Translations under genes and position numbers: made by a program
Part shown: positions 46,537-55,828 of the stretch, piece by piece
Layout: each line of letters starts with the position of its first letter
Position numbering within the stretch: the stretch's first letter is position 1
The notes under the pieces: generated by a model
What the model was told of the DNA's origin: nothing
Database searches by the model: none
Seen by the model: the letters and a program-made list of their open reading frames with translations, nothing else
Virus record (IMG/VR): IMGVR_UViG_2857096214_000002
Coordinates: 408 to 64,407 of that record
Source: a virus
Taxonomy: Duplodnaviria; Caudoviricetes
Length of the DNA: 64,000 nucleotides
Strand: one strand, 5' to 3'

Positions 46537-48543
46537 TCAGACAGTGGTCGTCTGGTCCGTGGAGTCGGTCGATGCCGATGTGGAAACCCCGCCCTGGTAC
46601 TGCGAGATCTCGATGACGATGAATTCGGCCGGGGAAGCGAGGGCGACTCCGACGGTGATGTGGATTTCGCCCAGAGCCACGGTGGCCGCCGTGTTGTTGG
46701 TCGCGTCGCAGACGACCCAGTACGCCTCGTCCGGCACCGTGGACTGAAGCTGGCCGGCCTGGGTGAGAGTGAGGAGCTGCTGATCGACCAGGGCCTCCAA
46801 CGACTGCCACAACTCCGGCCCGTTGGGTTCGAAGATCGCGAAGCGCGTGACGTCTTCGAGGAGGGTTTCCAGGTAGGTCAGCATGCGCCGGACGCTGATG
46901 TAGCGGTCGGGCATTCCCTTCTTCAGGGTCCTGGCGCCCATGACACAGAAGCCGGACCTCGGAATGGGGCGAATGACGTTCACGGCGGATTCGTTCAGCG
47001 TGTCGAGCTGGTCGGTGGTGAAGAGGTGCTCGACGCCCACCGCTCCGACGATGTTGTAAGCGACGCCAGCCGGGGAACGGTTGGGGCCCACTGCCGCATC
47101 CGCCTGGGCGTACTGCCCCATCACGGCGCCGCCCGGCGGCAGCGCGCGAGTGCTGGAGACCGAAGAGCCGGCCGGGTCGGCGACCTGGAGCCACGGCCCG
47201 TACGCCGCGGCATAGCTGGTTGCCGGTGCGTAGCCGGACACGGTCTCGGTGTACTTCGTCGTCGCCGCGGCGGAGTCGATCGGAGAGGGCTGGCGGGGCA
47301 CGTCCAGGACCACGAAGGCAGCGCGCCGGTCCTCGGCCCATGCCAGGGCCGCGTTGATCTGGGTGGCCGGCGGGACGTGATCAGTCATGGCCGTGTTGCC
47401 GCACAGGTTCACCAGCAGCACATCCGAGACGGCCGCGAACTGGTCGGAGAGCTGCTGTGCGAGGTTGACGGCCTGGACGCCGTCGGTGCCGGTCTCCAGC
47501 GGGGCGTCTGTGACGTACTCGGGCAGCCAGGAGCCATCCGGAGTCGAGCCGGTGCCGGCCGTCGCCGACGCGGGGGGCAGCAGGTTGGTGACAGTGACGT
47601 AGTTCGAGCCGGACGACGCCGAGTCGAGAATGCCGACCACGTAGCGAGGATCGGCGGGGTTGAGGGAGAGATCCTGCCAGCTCTCGACCAACGCGCTGGA
47701 CGCGGTCGACCCGTACTTGACGAACAGGTGGAACCGGCCGCTGGTCCAGCTCGGGGCCGTGGAGATGTAGATGCTGTTGCCGTAGGCGCCCTTGCCGCGG
47801 GCGGAGACCTGAAGAGCATCGACGCTGGTGTACCCGACCAGCGTGGTGAAGGTGGCGGGCGTGTCCATGGGAGGCCCGGCCGTGCCGCCCTTGTACGCGG
47901 TGATCTGCACCGAGTAAGTCGTGTTGGGTGCAAGATCCGTGAAGGCAGCCTGGGGCTTGCCGGTGTCGGGCTGAGCGACCCACACCTGTTGGTTGAAGGA
48001 GCCCTCGGCCGGGTTGGTGACCACGACCTGGTAGGCGTCCACATCAGTCAGAGGCGTGATCGCGTTCCATTCGATCATGAACGCGGTCTGCTCCGGGTTG
48101 GCCGTCACCGACCCGGACGGCGTGACGAGCTGCACGCCCGTGACCTGAGCGGTCGGTGCGGTGCCACTGCCGGTCGGGGCGGTGCCGTCGGGGGTGGCGA
48201 CGATGGTCTCGGCCGGGGGAAGCGGCTGGTTCTTCACGACCAGACTGGCGATGGTGGAGTCGGTGGGGGTGGCCCGCAGAATCCATGCCGTCTGACCGCC
48301 GTTGGCGAAGTACGAATAGACCTGGAAGGGCAGGTAGTTCAGGCCATTTCCGAACCCACCGTAAAGGGACATGAACTGTTCCCAGCTCGTCACCTTCATC
48401 GGCACGGACGGGCCGGCGTCATGCGTGCCGACGAATGTTCCCACGGCCAGGCCGGGCGGACTCACCTGCTGCGGAAGGGGCTTGAGCGTTTCCGAGATGT
48501 ACACCCCGGGACGCTTGTACGGAAATGCGGTGGGCGTGGTCAT
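46537..48543 (-). CDS. contractile tail sheath with inserted Fn3 domain
   Basis: Y.RPGVY..E, YF.NGG, YAAAYGPW, PPGGAV.G, GARTL, YISVRR, FEPN...LW, PAEFIVI. Confidence 0.95.
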   Translation of the reverse strand: MTTPTAFPYKRPGVYISETLKPLPQQVSPPGLAVGTFVGTHDAGPSVPMKVTSWEQFMSLYGGFGNGLNYLPFQVYSYFANGGQTAWILRATPTDSTIASLVVKNQPLPPAETIVATPDGTAPTGSGTAPTAQVTGVQLVTPSGSVTANPEQTAFMIEWNAITPLTDVDAYQVVVTNPAEGSFNQQVWVAQPDTGKPQAAFTDLAPNTTYSVQITAYKGGTAGPPMDTPATFTTLVGYTSVDALQVSARGKGAYGNSIYISTAPSWTSGRFHLFVKYGSTASSALVESWQDLSLNPADPRYVVGILDSASSGSNYVTVTNLLPPASATAGTGSTPDGSWLPEYVTDAPLETGTDGVQAVNLAQQLSDQFAAVSDVLLVNLCGNTAMTDHVPPATQINAALAWAEDRRAAFVVLDVPRQPSPIDSAAATTKYTETVSGYAPATSYAAAYGPWLQVADPAGSSVSSTRALPPGGAVMGQYAQADAAVGPNRSPAGVAYNIVGAVGVEHLFTTDQLDTLNESAVNVIRPIPRSGFCVMGARTLKKGMPDRYISVRRMLTYLETLLEDVTRFAIFEPNGPELWQSLEALVDQQLLTLTQAGQLQSTVPDEAYWVVCDATNNTAATVALGEIHITVGVALASPAEFIVIEISQYQGGVSTSASTDSTDQTTTV

Positions 48544-49220
48544 GGGGTATCAGCCTCCGAAAGGGTGACCACCTGTTCGGGGTCCAGCTCGACGGTGTGC
48601 CCCTCATCGAGAAACCGCTTGTCGAGCCAACTGATAAGGACTCGCTGCGCAGGTGTGAGGGTCTGAATGTCGGAGACAAAGAGTTCGCTGGAAATACGGA
48701 CCAGCCACGTGGCCACGAACAGCCGCTTTCCTTGTTCGTCCTTCGACTCGCTGTACTCCGGTCCGCCGAGCAGATCCAGACGGCGAACGGTCCCGTCCTC
48801 ACCGATCGACAGATAGCCGAAGCGAGGGGGAAGAAAATCGAACCCGGACAGTGCGCCCGTCATCTCGATGAGATGGGTTTCTTTCCGCGCGTAGGCGTCG
48901 ATCTGGTAGTCGACGTTCAGCGGAATCGGCATCTGCGTGAGGTACGGCGATTGCTGGGGGTCCGTCATATCCGCCCACGGCTCATAGCCTTCGGGGGCGT
49001 AGTGGAGCCACACATTGCCGCGGTGTTCCCGGTCCTCGTCCCGGGAGATCCGCGAGTGGGAGATCAGGACGAGCGGGTAAGTGGCGTCGGCCAGCTCGTA
49101 CTCGGGGTTCCTGTACCGCACGGTGACCCTGCGGCCATCGCTCCCGGAGGTGGCGTCATGCACCATCAGGCCCTGGAACTTAGCTTTCAGGGCCTTATCT
49201 TCGTTGAGAAGAAAGGGCAC
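48540..49220 (-). CDS. tail terminator / completion protein
   Basis: Position immediately before sheath; P.P.N.DYQID motif. Confidence 0.6.
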   Translation of the reverse strand: MPFLLNEDKALKAKFQGLMVHDATSGSDGRRVTVRYRNPEYELADATYPLVLISHSRISRDEDREHRGNVWLHYAPEGYEPWADMTDPQQSPYLTQMPIPLNVDYQIDAYARKETHLIEMTGALSGFDFLPPRFGYLSIGEDGTVRRLDLLGGPEYSESKDEQGKRLFVATWLVRISSELFVSDIQTLTPAQRVLISWLDKRFLDEGHTVELDPEQVVTLSEADTP

Positions 49221-49300
49221 GTGGCACTCCGGTATGGGCGGTTGTAGATCGCCCAACCAGAATGCTTGGGGCTATTTGTGGCCGGTTAATGGCCGATGGC

Positions 49301-49381
49301 TCAGATAAGCCCTGACACGTGCAGGATGACGATGATGAGCAGGACGACGAGGACGAGAGCGACGATCTGACCGACAGTCAT
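49301..49381 (-). CDS. 26-aa single-TM micropeptide (not in ORF track)
   Basis: MTVGQIVALVLVVLLIIVILHVSGLI with GAAGGGG SD. Confidence 0.5.
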   Translation of the reverse strand: MTVGQIVALVLVVLLIIVILHVSGLI

Positions 49382-49443
49382 GGCGGTCCCCTTCCGAGAG
49401 GGCCGGGCCTGCCACCCCCGAGAGCGGCAGGCCCCCGGCGGTC

Positions 49444-49686
49444 CTACTGCTGGTTCTGGTCGCCCTGATCACCCTGGTCGTCTTCGGCACTCCCGCCGGC
49501 CGGCGCCTCGGGCGACAGCGCCGCACCACCCGCGGAGTAGTGGTAGCCCTGGGCCAGGGCCTCGGACTCCAGCATGATCTTCTGCCCCTCCGGGACCACG
49601 TACGTGTTCGGGTCCTCCAGCTCCAGCGGGCCGTACTTGATCTCCTTGTCGACGCCGTCAGCGTCTACGAGGACATACGTGGCCAT
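49444..49686 (-). CDS. small acidic hypothetical protein
   Basis: AGGAGG SD; followed by a GGGCCTGCC/GGCAGGCCC stem-loop. Confidence 0.6.
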   Translation of the reverse strand: MATYVLVDADGVDKEIKYGPLELEDPNTYVVPEGQKIMLESEALAQGYHYSAGGAALSPEAPAGGSAEDDQGDQGDQNQQ

Positions 49687-49758
49687 TGAGACCTCCTGAG
49701 AGAAAGCAACATGGGAGTTTGAGCGTCGCACGCACCGTTATTTACGGGGTAATTGCGA

Positions 49759-51045
49759 TTAGAACCAGGCGGTTTCAGACCACGCCTTCACCGGCTTCGC
49801 AACCCAAGCGCTTCCACTCCAGACCTTCAGCGGCTTTTGCACCCAGCCACTGCCGTCCCATACCTTCACGATCGTCGTGGGATACGTGTTCACGTTGTCG
49901 ACTTCAGCAGGGGTAGTGGTACTGCCCGTATCGGCGTAACCCTCAAAGTTGGTACGCAGCGTCCCGAATTTCAGCCACTGCGGAGTCGTCATACTGCGCC
50001 GCACGGTCCAGGTAGCCGCGTCCGGAGAAGTTTCCCAGTAGAAGGTGCCGCCGGATTCACGGAATCGGAACCAGCGGTGCGCCACCGGATCGTAGGTGAG
50101 CGTGGTCGGAGAAGGGTCGTAATAGCCGACGCAGCTCTCGAACGTCAGATTTCCACTGGCCAGCGCATACCGCGTGCGGACGAAGGTGCCGTTGTCGGTC
50201 GGGCCGAGCACGACGGCAGAGAAGGCCGTGCCGGTGCCACCCGTGGGCATGTGCACGATCTCGGCGTAGTGGGAAGAGCCGGTGATCTCGTACCCCACGT
50301 CGGTGGCCATCAGCCCGGGGTACTGGTCGTTGGCCGGCACTGCCACGCGCTTCCAGGTCGAGTTCCAGAACGTCCCGCCCCAGTACACGAAATATGAGCC
50401 GATGCCGGTACCGAACTTGTCGATGATGTTCGAGGTGGGCGCGCTGAAGAGTCCGTCGGCTCCGGAGAACTCGACCCAGCTCGGGTCGGTCGTCACGGCC
50501 GTGGCCGCGGAGACCAGGTCAGTGGTGCCCGTGGCGCCGTAGTACATCGTGCCGGTATACGAGGTGCCCGAGGTGTTGGTGGCCTCGTAGCCGAACTCCA
50601 CCACGATGCGGTCGCCGGCCTGGAGGCTGACACTGCCGATGGTCTGTCCCGTGGCGGTCCCGCCAGCCGCGGTCACCGGCCAGTTCGTACTCCCCTGCCA
50701 GTTGTCGAGCAGGGTGCCGCGCACGGTGTTGCTGTCCCCAACCGTGACGTACATGTGGACCCGGGTAACGAAGGCCGCCGCCGAATCGGAGGCTCCGCGG
50801 CCGGTGGTGAAGGAGACGGTGCCGGACAGAGTGCCAGCCGTGCGTGCCGCCGGGCTGATCCACCGGCCCAGCAGGACACTGTTCTGGGCCGTCGAGGTCT
50901 CGGCCTTGGCCGAGGTCGTCGAGGCGCCGGCCGGCTGCCGGCCGAGTAGCCCGGTCACCGTGGAAGTCGCGTCGTCCCAGGCACCTTGTGCAGTCGTCGG
51001 TGTGTAGGGGGCTGCGGAGGTGGTCAGCCAGAAACGGGTAGCCAC
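49759..51045 (-). CDS. minor virion protein with lectin/concanavalin-like domain
   Basis: Thr/Gly-rich; HRWFRFRESGG..YWETSPD; C-terminal (VK.W.G..W) x3 repeat. Confidence 0.6.
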   Translation of the reverse strand: MATRFWLTTSAAPYTPTTAQGAWDDATSTVTGLLGRQPAGASTTSAKAETSTAQNSVLLGRWISPAARTAGTLSGTVSFTTGRGASDSAAAFVTRVHMYVTVGDSNTVRGTLLDNWQGSTNWPVTAAGGTATGQTIGSVSLQAGDRIVVEFGYEATNTSGTSYTGTMYYGATGTTDLVSAATAVTTDPSWVEFSGADGLFSAPTSNIIDKFGTGIGSYFVYWGGTFWNSTWKRVAVPANDQYPGLMATDVGYEITGSSHYAEIVHMPTGGTGTAFSAVVLGPTDNGTFVRTRYALASGNLTFESCVGYYDPSPTTLTYDPVAHRWFRFRESGGTFYWETSPDAATWTVRRSMTTPQWLKFGTLRTNFEGYADTGSTTTPAEVDNVNTYPTTIVKVWDGSGWVQKPLKVWSGSAWVAKPVKAWSETAWF

Positions 51046-51054
51046 ACGAGGGCC

Positions 51055-51264
51055 TCAGTTCGTGTCGATCCATACGTCCCCCACCGCGGGGGACGAGGGG
51101 GCGGTAATACCGACCGTGATCTTCGGCGTCGGGATCTGGGCCTGGGGCACTTTGCTGTCCGTGCCGAGGGAGGCGACACCGCTGGCCGCGCCGATCTTGT
51201 CACTGGAGACGACGTTTCCGCCCGCGGTGGGCACTGTCTGCGCCGCGAGCTGCCGGGCAACCAT
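51055..51264 (-). CDS. small fibre-associated protein
   Basis: GAASGVASL..D.KVP.AQIP and AP.SP..GD.W.DT fibre motifs. Confidence 0.6.
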   Translation of the reverse strand: MVARQLAAQTVPTAGGNVVSSDKIGAASGVASLGTDSKVPQAQIPTPKITVGITAPSSPAVGDVWIDTN

Positions 51265-52379
51265 CAGCCCACCACCGTGACGCGGAAAGTATCGGCCGCG
51301 TATGAGGCGGACGTGGTGACGGAGACGGTGTTGGCGTCGACCACAACGAACTTCGCGCCCACCAGCTCGCCGGTGGAGATCTCCTTGAGCGAGGGCTCCA
51401 GGATGTCTGTGGTGCCCAGGCTGTGCGTGATGTTCAGCGCGGAACCGCCGGTGAGAGCCGCGACGTTGGCGGAGTACTTGCCCACAGTGCCCAGCGCGGT
51501 GCGGGCGCCGGCCGCGTCCGTAGCGCCGGTGCCGCCCTTGGCGATGGAGACCAGGCCGACGGTCAGGCCGGAGGCGCTCTTGGAGAGGGTGGCGTCGGCC
51601 AGCTCGATGCTGAAGGTCGTGCCCGACAGCTCGATGCCCTGGCCGTCGGCGGTGTAGGTCTGCCCGCCACTGCTGTACTGCACCCACGTCTGGGTCCAGG
51701 CGCCGGGCGCCCCGGAGGGGGTGGCCGTCTGCATGTACTGGGCGCCGGCCTTGGTGGTGCCCTCGGACACTGCCACGAGGGTGCCGTCGAGGATCTCCCC
51801 CGTGGAATCGGCATCGGTGCGGCGGGTGGCCGCCCCGCCGGAGGCGGAGTAGGTGTAGATGCCGTTTTCGGTGCCGGTCGTCTGGGCTGTGGCGAGGAAG
51901 CTGTCATTCGCGGCGAGGGTGACGCCGTCGAGGGCGGCCGGGAGGCTGGACAGGTTGACGTTGGCCGTGGCGACGACGCGGACAGGGTCCTTAACGCCCG
52001 CGATTCCTGCGCGGGCATTGTCGACGTAGGACTTGGTCGCGAGGTCGGAGGATGCGGTGGGAGTGGCACCGTTGGTCACCCGCTGACCGTTGACGTTCAC
52101 GGCCGCGGTGGGCGCGGCGAACTGGTCCAGCCGGTAGCCCTGCACGGTGGTGGCGAGGTCGGAAATCGTGCTCGCCGTCTGGGTGCCGGTGTGGTCGCCG
52201 CGGTCCAGCGGGTTTTTCCAGGCGGACAGGTTCCAGAACTTCACCACGTGACCCGCGGTGTCGGTCCACAGCTGGCCCTCAACCGGGGACGTGGGTGCGG
52301 AACTTGCCGATTCGGGGACGAGGCCCTGAACCGGGAGCTTGTTCAGCTTGACTGGAAACCGGAAATCCGTTGTGGCCAT
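51264..52379 (-). CDS. head/tail fibre protein
   Basis: D.ATK.YVD, K..VRVVATANV.L, QT...ENGIY, ITH.LGT. Confidence 0.75.
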   Translation of the reverse strand: MATTDFRFPVKLNKLPVQGLVPESASSAPTSPVEGQLWTDTAGHVVKFWNLSAWKNPLDRGDHTGTQTASTISDLATTVQGYRLDQFAAPTAAVNVNGQRVTNGATPTASSDLATKSYVDNARAGIAGVKDPVRVVATANVNLSSLPAALDGVTLAANDSFLATAQTTGTENGIYTYSASGGAATRRTDADSTGEILDGTLVAVSEGTTKAGAQYMQTATPSGAPGAWTQTWVQYSSGGQTYTADGQGIELSGTTFSIELADATLSKSASGLTVGLVSIAKGGTGATDAAGARTALGTVGKYSANVAALTGGSALNITHSLGTTDILEPSLKEISTGELVGAKFVVVDANTVSVTTSASYAADTFRVTVVG

Positions 52380-52388
52380 GGCGGGCTC

Positions 52389-53045
52389 CTAGTGCAATAC
52401 GGCAGATCCGGTTTCCGCGTACGAGAACCGGATGGTGACGGTGGTCGGGTCGGTGTATTCGACGGAGCCGCCGATTTCGTTGCCCGAGACGTCGTAGACG
52501 ACCACCGCGGGCCGGTAGGGCAGCGTGTGCGCGATCGTCCACTGACTGCTGGGCGTGCTCTGTGTGAACTCCTGCGGCCGGGGGGCGACCCTCGCTTCGA
52601 GCGCGTCGAGCTGGGCGAGGGTGACATCTCCGGGATCGCCCTTGTCGCCCTTGGCGCCCTGCGGGCCGGCCACGGGCAAGTAGTTGCCGGCGTAGGGAGA
52701 GACAGGGGCGATGTCCGCCAGGTCGACAGTGCCGGTGCCGCCCGGCAGCATGATGTGGAAGACCCGCGGTGGTGTGCCCTTGAGCTTCTCGGTCACCTGG
52801 TACGACCACCGGGCGGGCGACATGCCCGGCGCGTCCGTGGGGATCAGGTCGACCTCGAAATAGCCGGTGCCATCGAGCGTGACCTTCGCGGCCGTGGTGG
52901 AGATGATGTCGGATTCGGGCAGGGTGAGCACCGAGGGCGGGGCGAAGGACACTGTCCCCGACAGGGGCGTGCCGTCGGGTGCGATGTAGCGGCCCTTGAG
53001 CCGTACCGCGGGCACGCCGGCCGGCAGATCAGGAGTAAGGGTCAT
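52389..53045 (-). CDS. virion protein with short collagen-like linker
   Basis: GPQGAKGDKGDPG; W.I.H.L...P.V.V.D. Confidence 0.65.
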   Translation of the reverse strand: MTLTPDLPAGVPAVRLKGRYIAPDGTPLSGTVSFAPPSVLTLPESDIISTTAAKVTLDGTGYFEVDLIPTDAPGMSPARWSYQVTEKLKGTPPRVFHIMLPGGTGTVDLADIAPVSPYAGNYLPVAGPQGAKGDKGDPGDVTLAQLDALEARVAPRPQEFTQSTPSSQWTIAHTLPYRPAVVVYDVSGNEIGGSVEYTDPTTVTIRFSYAETGSAVLH

Positions 53046-53634
53046 CGCTCGCGCCTTCCTCCGGGTGGATCACGGTCTGCGCCATCTGCTGCGGGCTGAC
53101 CGCGGGCAGCTCGGTCGGGTCAGTGAGGTAGTCCGTGAACATGGGGTCGTTGACGATCTCGTCGTTTTGGATCTGCTCGCCCTCGATGACGACCACGACG
53201 TCTCGCCGGCGGATCTGGCCGAGGACACTGACCCGCTGCACGGCATAGAGCACGTTGTCGTAGGCGATGCGGTCGCGCTGGAACGAGCCGTGCTTGATGT
53301 CCATTTCGGTGAGGCCGAATTTGGCGAGTTGGTCGTATTCCAGGACTGCGCGCAGGGTGTCGGTGACGTAGAGGCCGCTGTCGCGGGGGTCGGTGTTGGG
53401 GGACTCCACGTGTGTGACGTGCAGAGCCGGGACCTGCCAGCGGCCGTAATACACGCGGCCGGCGCCGGTCGCCTCGTCATAGACCTCGTGCATGTCCGAC
53501 TCGTCACGCTGGAACCGGAAATAGGTGAGGACGTCGCCGGTGCGGTTCTGCCAGCTCCGCAGTGCGCGGTGAATAAGGGTGGTCTCCGTGTTGATGCCGA
53601 AACGGCCCCTTTTCCAGCCGGCCCGATCCTGCAT
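53029..53634 (-). CDS. putative head-closure protein
   Basis: Position after adaptor; beta-rich DRI.YD..LY.V motif. Confidence 0.55.
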   Translation of the reverse strand: MQDRAGWKRGRFGINTETTLIHRALRSWQNRTGDVLTYFRFQRDESDMHEVYDEATGAGRVYYGRWQVPALHVTHVESPNTDPRDSGLYVTDTLRAVLEYDQLAKFGLTEMDIKHGSFQRDRIAYDNVLYAVQRVSVLGQIRRRDVVVVIEGEQIQNDEIVNDPMFTDYLTDPTELPAVSPQQMAQTVIHPEEGASDDPYS

Positions 53635-53640
53635 GTCCGC

Positions 53641-54471
53641 TCACCCCCACGTGCCCGGGTAGAGGGGCGAGGGGATACCGGACTCGTCGTCGTACGCGTC
53701 GCCGTCGATCGGCGGCAGCAGCCGTTTGGGCCGGGCGGTGTCGTCGTATTCCCGGCTCTGGAAAATGGGCACCAGACGGTTGGTGGTCCGCGAGATCCGC
53801 CGGAGCTGGAACATCTCGATGCGGGCAAGGCCGACGTTGAGCTGCTGCGCGAGCGTGTTGTACCGCTGCTGAAGCTCGGCCAGGTGCTCCATGAGCTGCC
53901 GGTAGCGCTGGCTGCGCGGGACGAAGGTGCCCTCGGCCGTGTTGACGTCGATATCGCTGGAGGCGTCGGTGGCCATGGTCCACAAGACGTTGATCACTGC
54001 GAGGTAGGCGACCAGGGGCTCCTCGACCGGCGGGAGGCTGTCCAGGTCGACCGGTTCCAGGTCGTAGGCGATGTTGCCGTTGCCGTCGCGGTACCTCGTC
54101 CGCAGAGTGCGGCCGTAGGTGTGCTGGTTCATCGCGTCGGTCACGTACACCGTGAGGTCGGCGTCCGAGAACATGCCCTCGCTCGTGCCGCGGACGATGA
54201 GGGTCTGGCCGTGCTGGAGCGGGCTGTAGTCCGGGTTGATCAGGAGAATCGAGCCCTCGGCCGGGTTCAGGACGTAGTCCGTGTCCTGGACCAGGTCGAC
54301 GGAGCCCGCGGGGTCAGTGGTGACGACCTTCGCCTGCACGGAGGTGACGTTGACCTCGGACAGGTCGTAGGAGGACAGCTCGGAGCCGCCGATGAAGGTG
54401 TCGACGAACGGAGCTGGCTGATCGCCAACTTCCGAACGGACGCGCTGAATGATCCCCGCGAGCGTCGCCAT
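53641..54471 (-). CDS. putative head-to-tail adaptor
   Basis: VR.EVGD...FSD.DL motif typical of adaptor proteins. Confidence 0.6.
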   Translation of the reverse strand: MATLAGIIQRVRSEVGDQPAPFVDTFIGGSELSSYDLSEVNVTSVQAKVVTTDPAGSVDLVQDTDYVLNPAEGSILLINPDYSPLQHGQTLIVRGTSEGMFSDADLTVYVTDAMNQHTYGRTLRTRYRDGNGNIAYDLEPVDLDSLPPVEEPLVAYLAVINVLWTMATDASSDIDVNTAEGTFVPRSQRYRQLMEHLAELQQRYNTLAQQLNVGLARIEMFQLRRISRTTNRLVPIFQSREYDDTARPKRLLPPIDGDAYDDESGIPSPLYPGTWG

Positions 54472-54473
54472 GA

Positions 54474-54965
54474 CTACGACACCGCCAGCGTCATCGTCAA
54501 AGCACCCGCGGCGAGCTGGAGGGCCTGGTTCTGCTGCGTGGTGATGGCCGAGTCGAGGTTCCAGGCCATGAGGCAGATACCCGAAGGCTGGCCGGCCGAC
54601 GACGTCATACGGGTCACCAGGGCCGCACCGGTGACCGGGGCCGCGAGGCCCGCCGGGTCGCTGAAGGGCCCGAACTGAATGAGGTCGGTGTTCGTGCTCT
54701 GCCGGGTACTGGTCGACGCGGCCCCCCAGGGCACGGGCTGGCGGGCGTAGCCGGTGCCGGCGGCCTCGGTGCCCACCAGCGACGTCATGTCCGTAGTGGC
54801 GTCGGTAACGACCTGGGTGAGCAGCATCAGATACGTGGTCTTCGGCTGTGGGTCACCGCCGGCCGTCTTGGCGTCCCACTCGGCCTGGAGCGCGGTGGTG
54901 CGGCCGTTGAGGTAGTCGAGCGCGGAGACGGCCCCCTGGAGCGCGATGAACCCGTTGGCAGCCAC
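54474..54965 (-). CDS. virion structural protein
   Basis: E..GTGYARQ...W, N...I.F motif of phage minor structural proteins. Confidence 0.6.
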   Translation of the reverse strand: MAANGFIALQGAVSALDYLNGRTTALQAEWDAKTAGGDPQPKTTYLMLLTQVVTDATTDMTSLVGTEAAGTGYARQPVPWGAASTSTRQSTNTDLIQFGPFSDPAGLAAPVTGAALVTRMTSSAGQPSGICLMAWNLDSAITTQQNQALQLAAGALTMTLAVS

Positions 54966-55336
54966 TACTCACCTGCCTGCTGGGCTTGCCAGTCCGCGTA
55001 TTCGGGCGGCTCCTCGCCGGGGCCGACGATCTCGGTGAACTGGGTCATGGGGAAGGAGATGTGGTGCTGGGAGAACCGGCCGGGGGCGGTCTGCTCCAGC
55101 CACATCGCGACGACCGTGTACTCCGGGCTGTAGCCGACGCCGTAGCTGGCCGGCTCGACGATGGCCAGGACCAGGAGCATGCGGTCGCTCTCCTGGACGT
55201 CGTCGCTGTCGGACAGCCGGTAGCGGTGCGTCTTGGTGAGCATGCCGACGCCCTCTCCGAAATCGGAGAGGAGCTGGTACCAACTGCCCCTGGCCGGGGC
55301 CTCCTCAAGCGCCGCGAGGCTCTTCGTTTCCGCCAC
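54965..55336 (-). CDS. hypothetical protein
   Basis: AAAGGGG SD, packed in operon. Confidence 0.55.
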   Translation of the reverse strand: MAETKSLAALEEAPARGSWYQLLSDFGEGVGMLTKTHRYRLSDSDDVQESDRMLLVLAIVEPASYGVGYSPEYTVVAMWLEQTAPGRFSQHHISFPMTQFTEIVGPGEEPPEYADWQAQQAGE

Positions 55337-55351
55337 GAGGGCGCCCCTTTC

Positions 55352-55738
55352 TCAAAGCCACTGCCAGACGTAGCCGAGCCGGTCCAGATGCAGCGCCACA
55401 TGCAATGGCAGCTCGTAGACCTGGCCCTCTTTGAAATCGAAATCCGTGCCCTGGCCGATCGTCACCTTCTCCAGGTCGCAGGCGATGCGAATGCGCACCT
55501 TCTCCGGAGGTAGTTCGACGGGCCCTTCCGTCTTTTCCTCCTCGGGTACTGCCTGGAGGGTGCGGCCCTTCTCGTCCAGGGAAATCGGCTGGTCGAGGTT
55601 GGCGGCTGCCTCGGCATGCTGCATGGCGAGTTCGCCCTTGCGCTGGGCGAGTTCCTCGGCGTGCTGCTCGGCGAGGATGCGCTTCTTATTCCCGGTGTGA
55701 TCCTTCGGATTCGGCCGGGTTCGGGGATTCGCGGGCAC
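55352..55738 (-). CDS. conserved protein downstream of capsid
   Basis: AGGAG SD; F..G..Y..P..VA.HL...GY motif. Confidence 0.65.
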   Translation of the reverse strand: MPANPRTRPNPKDHTGNKKRILAEQHAEELAQRKGELAMQHAEAAANLDQPISLDEKGRTLQAVPEEEKTEGPVELPPEKVRIRIACDLEKVTIGQGTDFDFKEGQVYELPLHVALHLDRLGYVWQWL

Positions 55739-55768
55739 GAGTGTTCTCCTAATGAGTCGGGTGAGGAA

Positions 55769-55815
55769 TCCGGGGCGCCGGCGGCGACAGGTCGAGTGGG
55801 GCGCCGACGCCCCGG
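55769..55815 (-). terminator. stem-loop after major capsid gene
   Basis: CCGGGGCGCCGGCG...CGCCGACGCCCCGG inverted repeat. Confidence 0.5.
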
Positions 55816-55828
55816 AGAATGGGGCCGG

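Noticed and set aside
35975-48543. Extracellular contractile injection system / tailocin
   Set aside because: Terminase, portal, scaffold, capsid and a replication module are present, so this is a phage tail.
46660-48666. Long plus-strand ORFs antisense to real genes (also 18787-20382, 51423-53099, 52996-54678, and 62501-63964 on minus)
   Set aside because: Shadow ORFs caused by high GC3 bias; no motifs, and the opposite strand has recognisable proteins.
14032-51108. Other ATTACCG/CGGTAAT occurrences (about 14032, 30267, 41012, 51102)
   Set aside because: They are intergenic or have TTA out of frame in intact genes, so they are not bypass sites.
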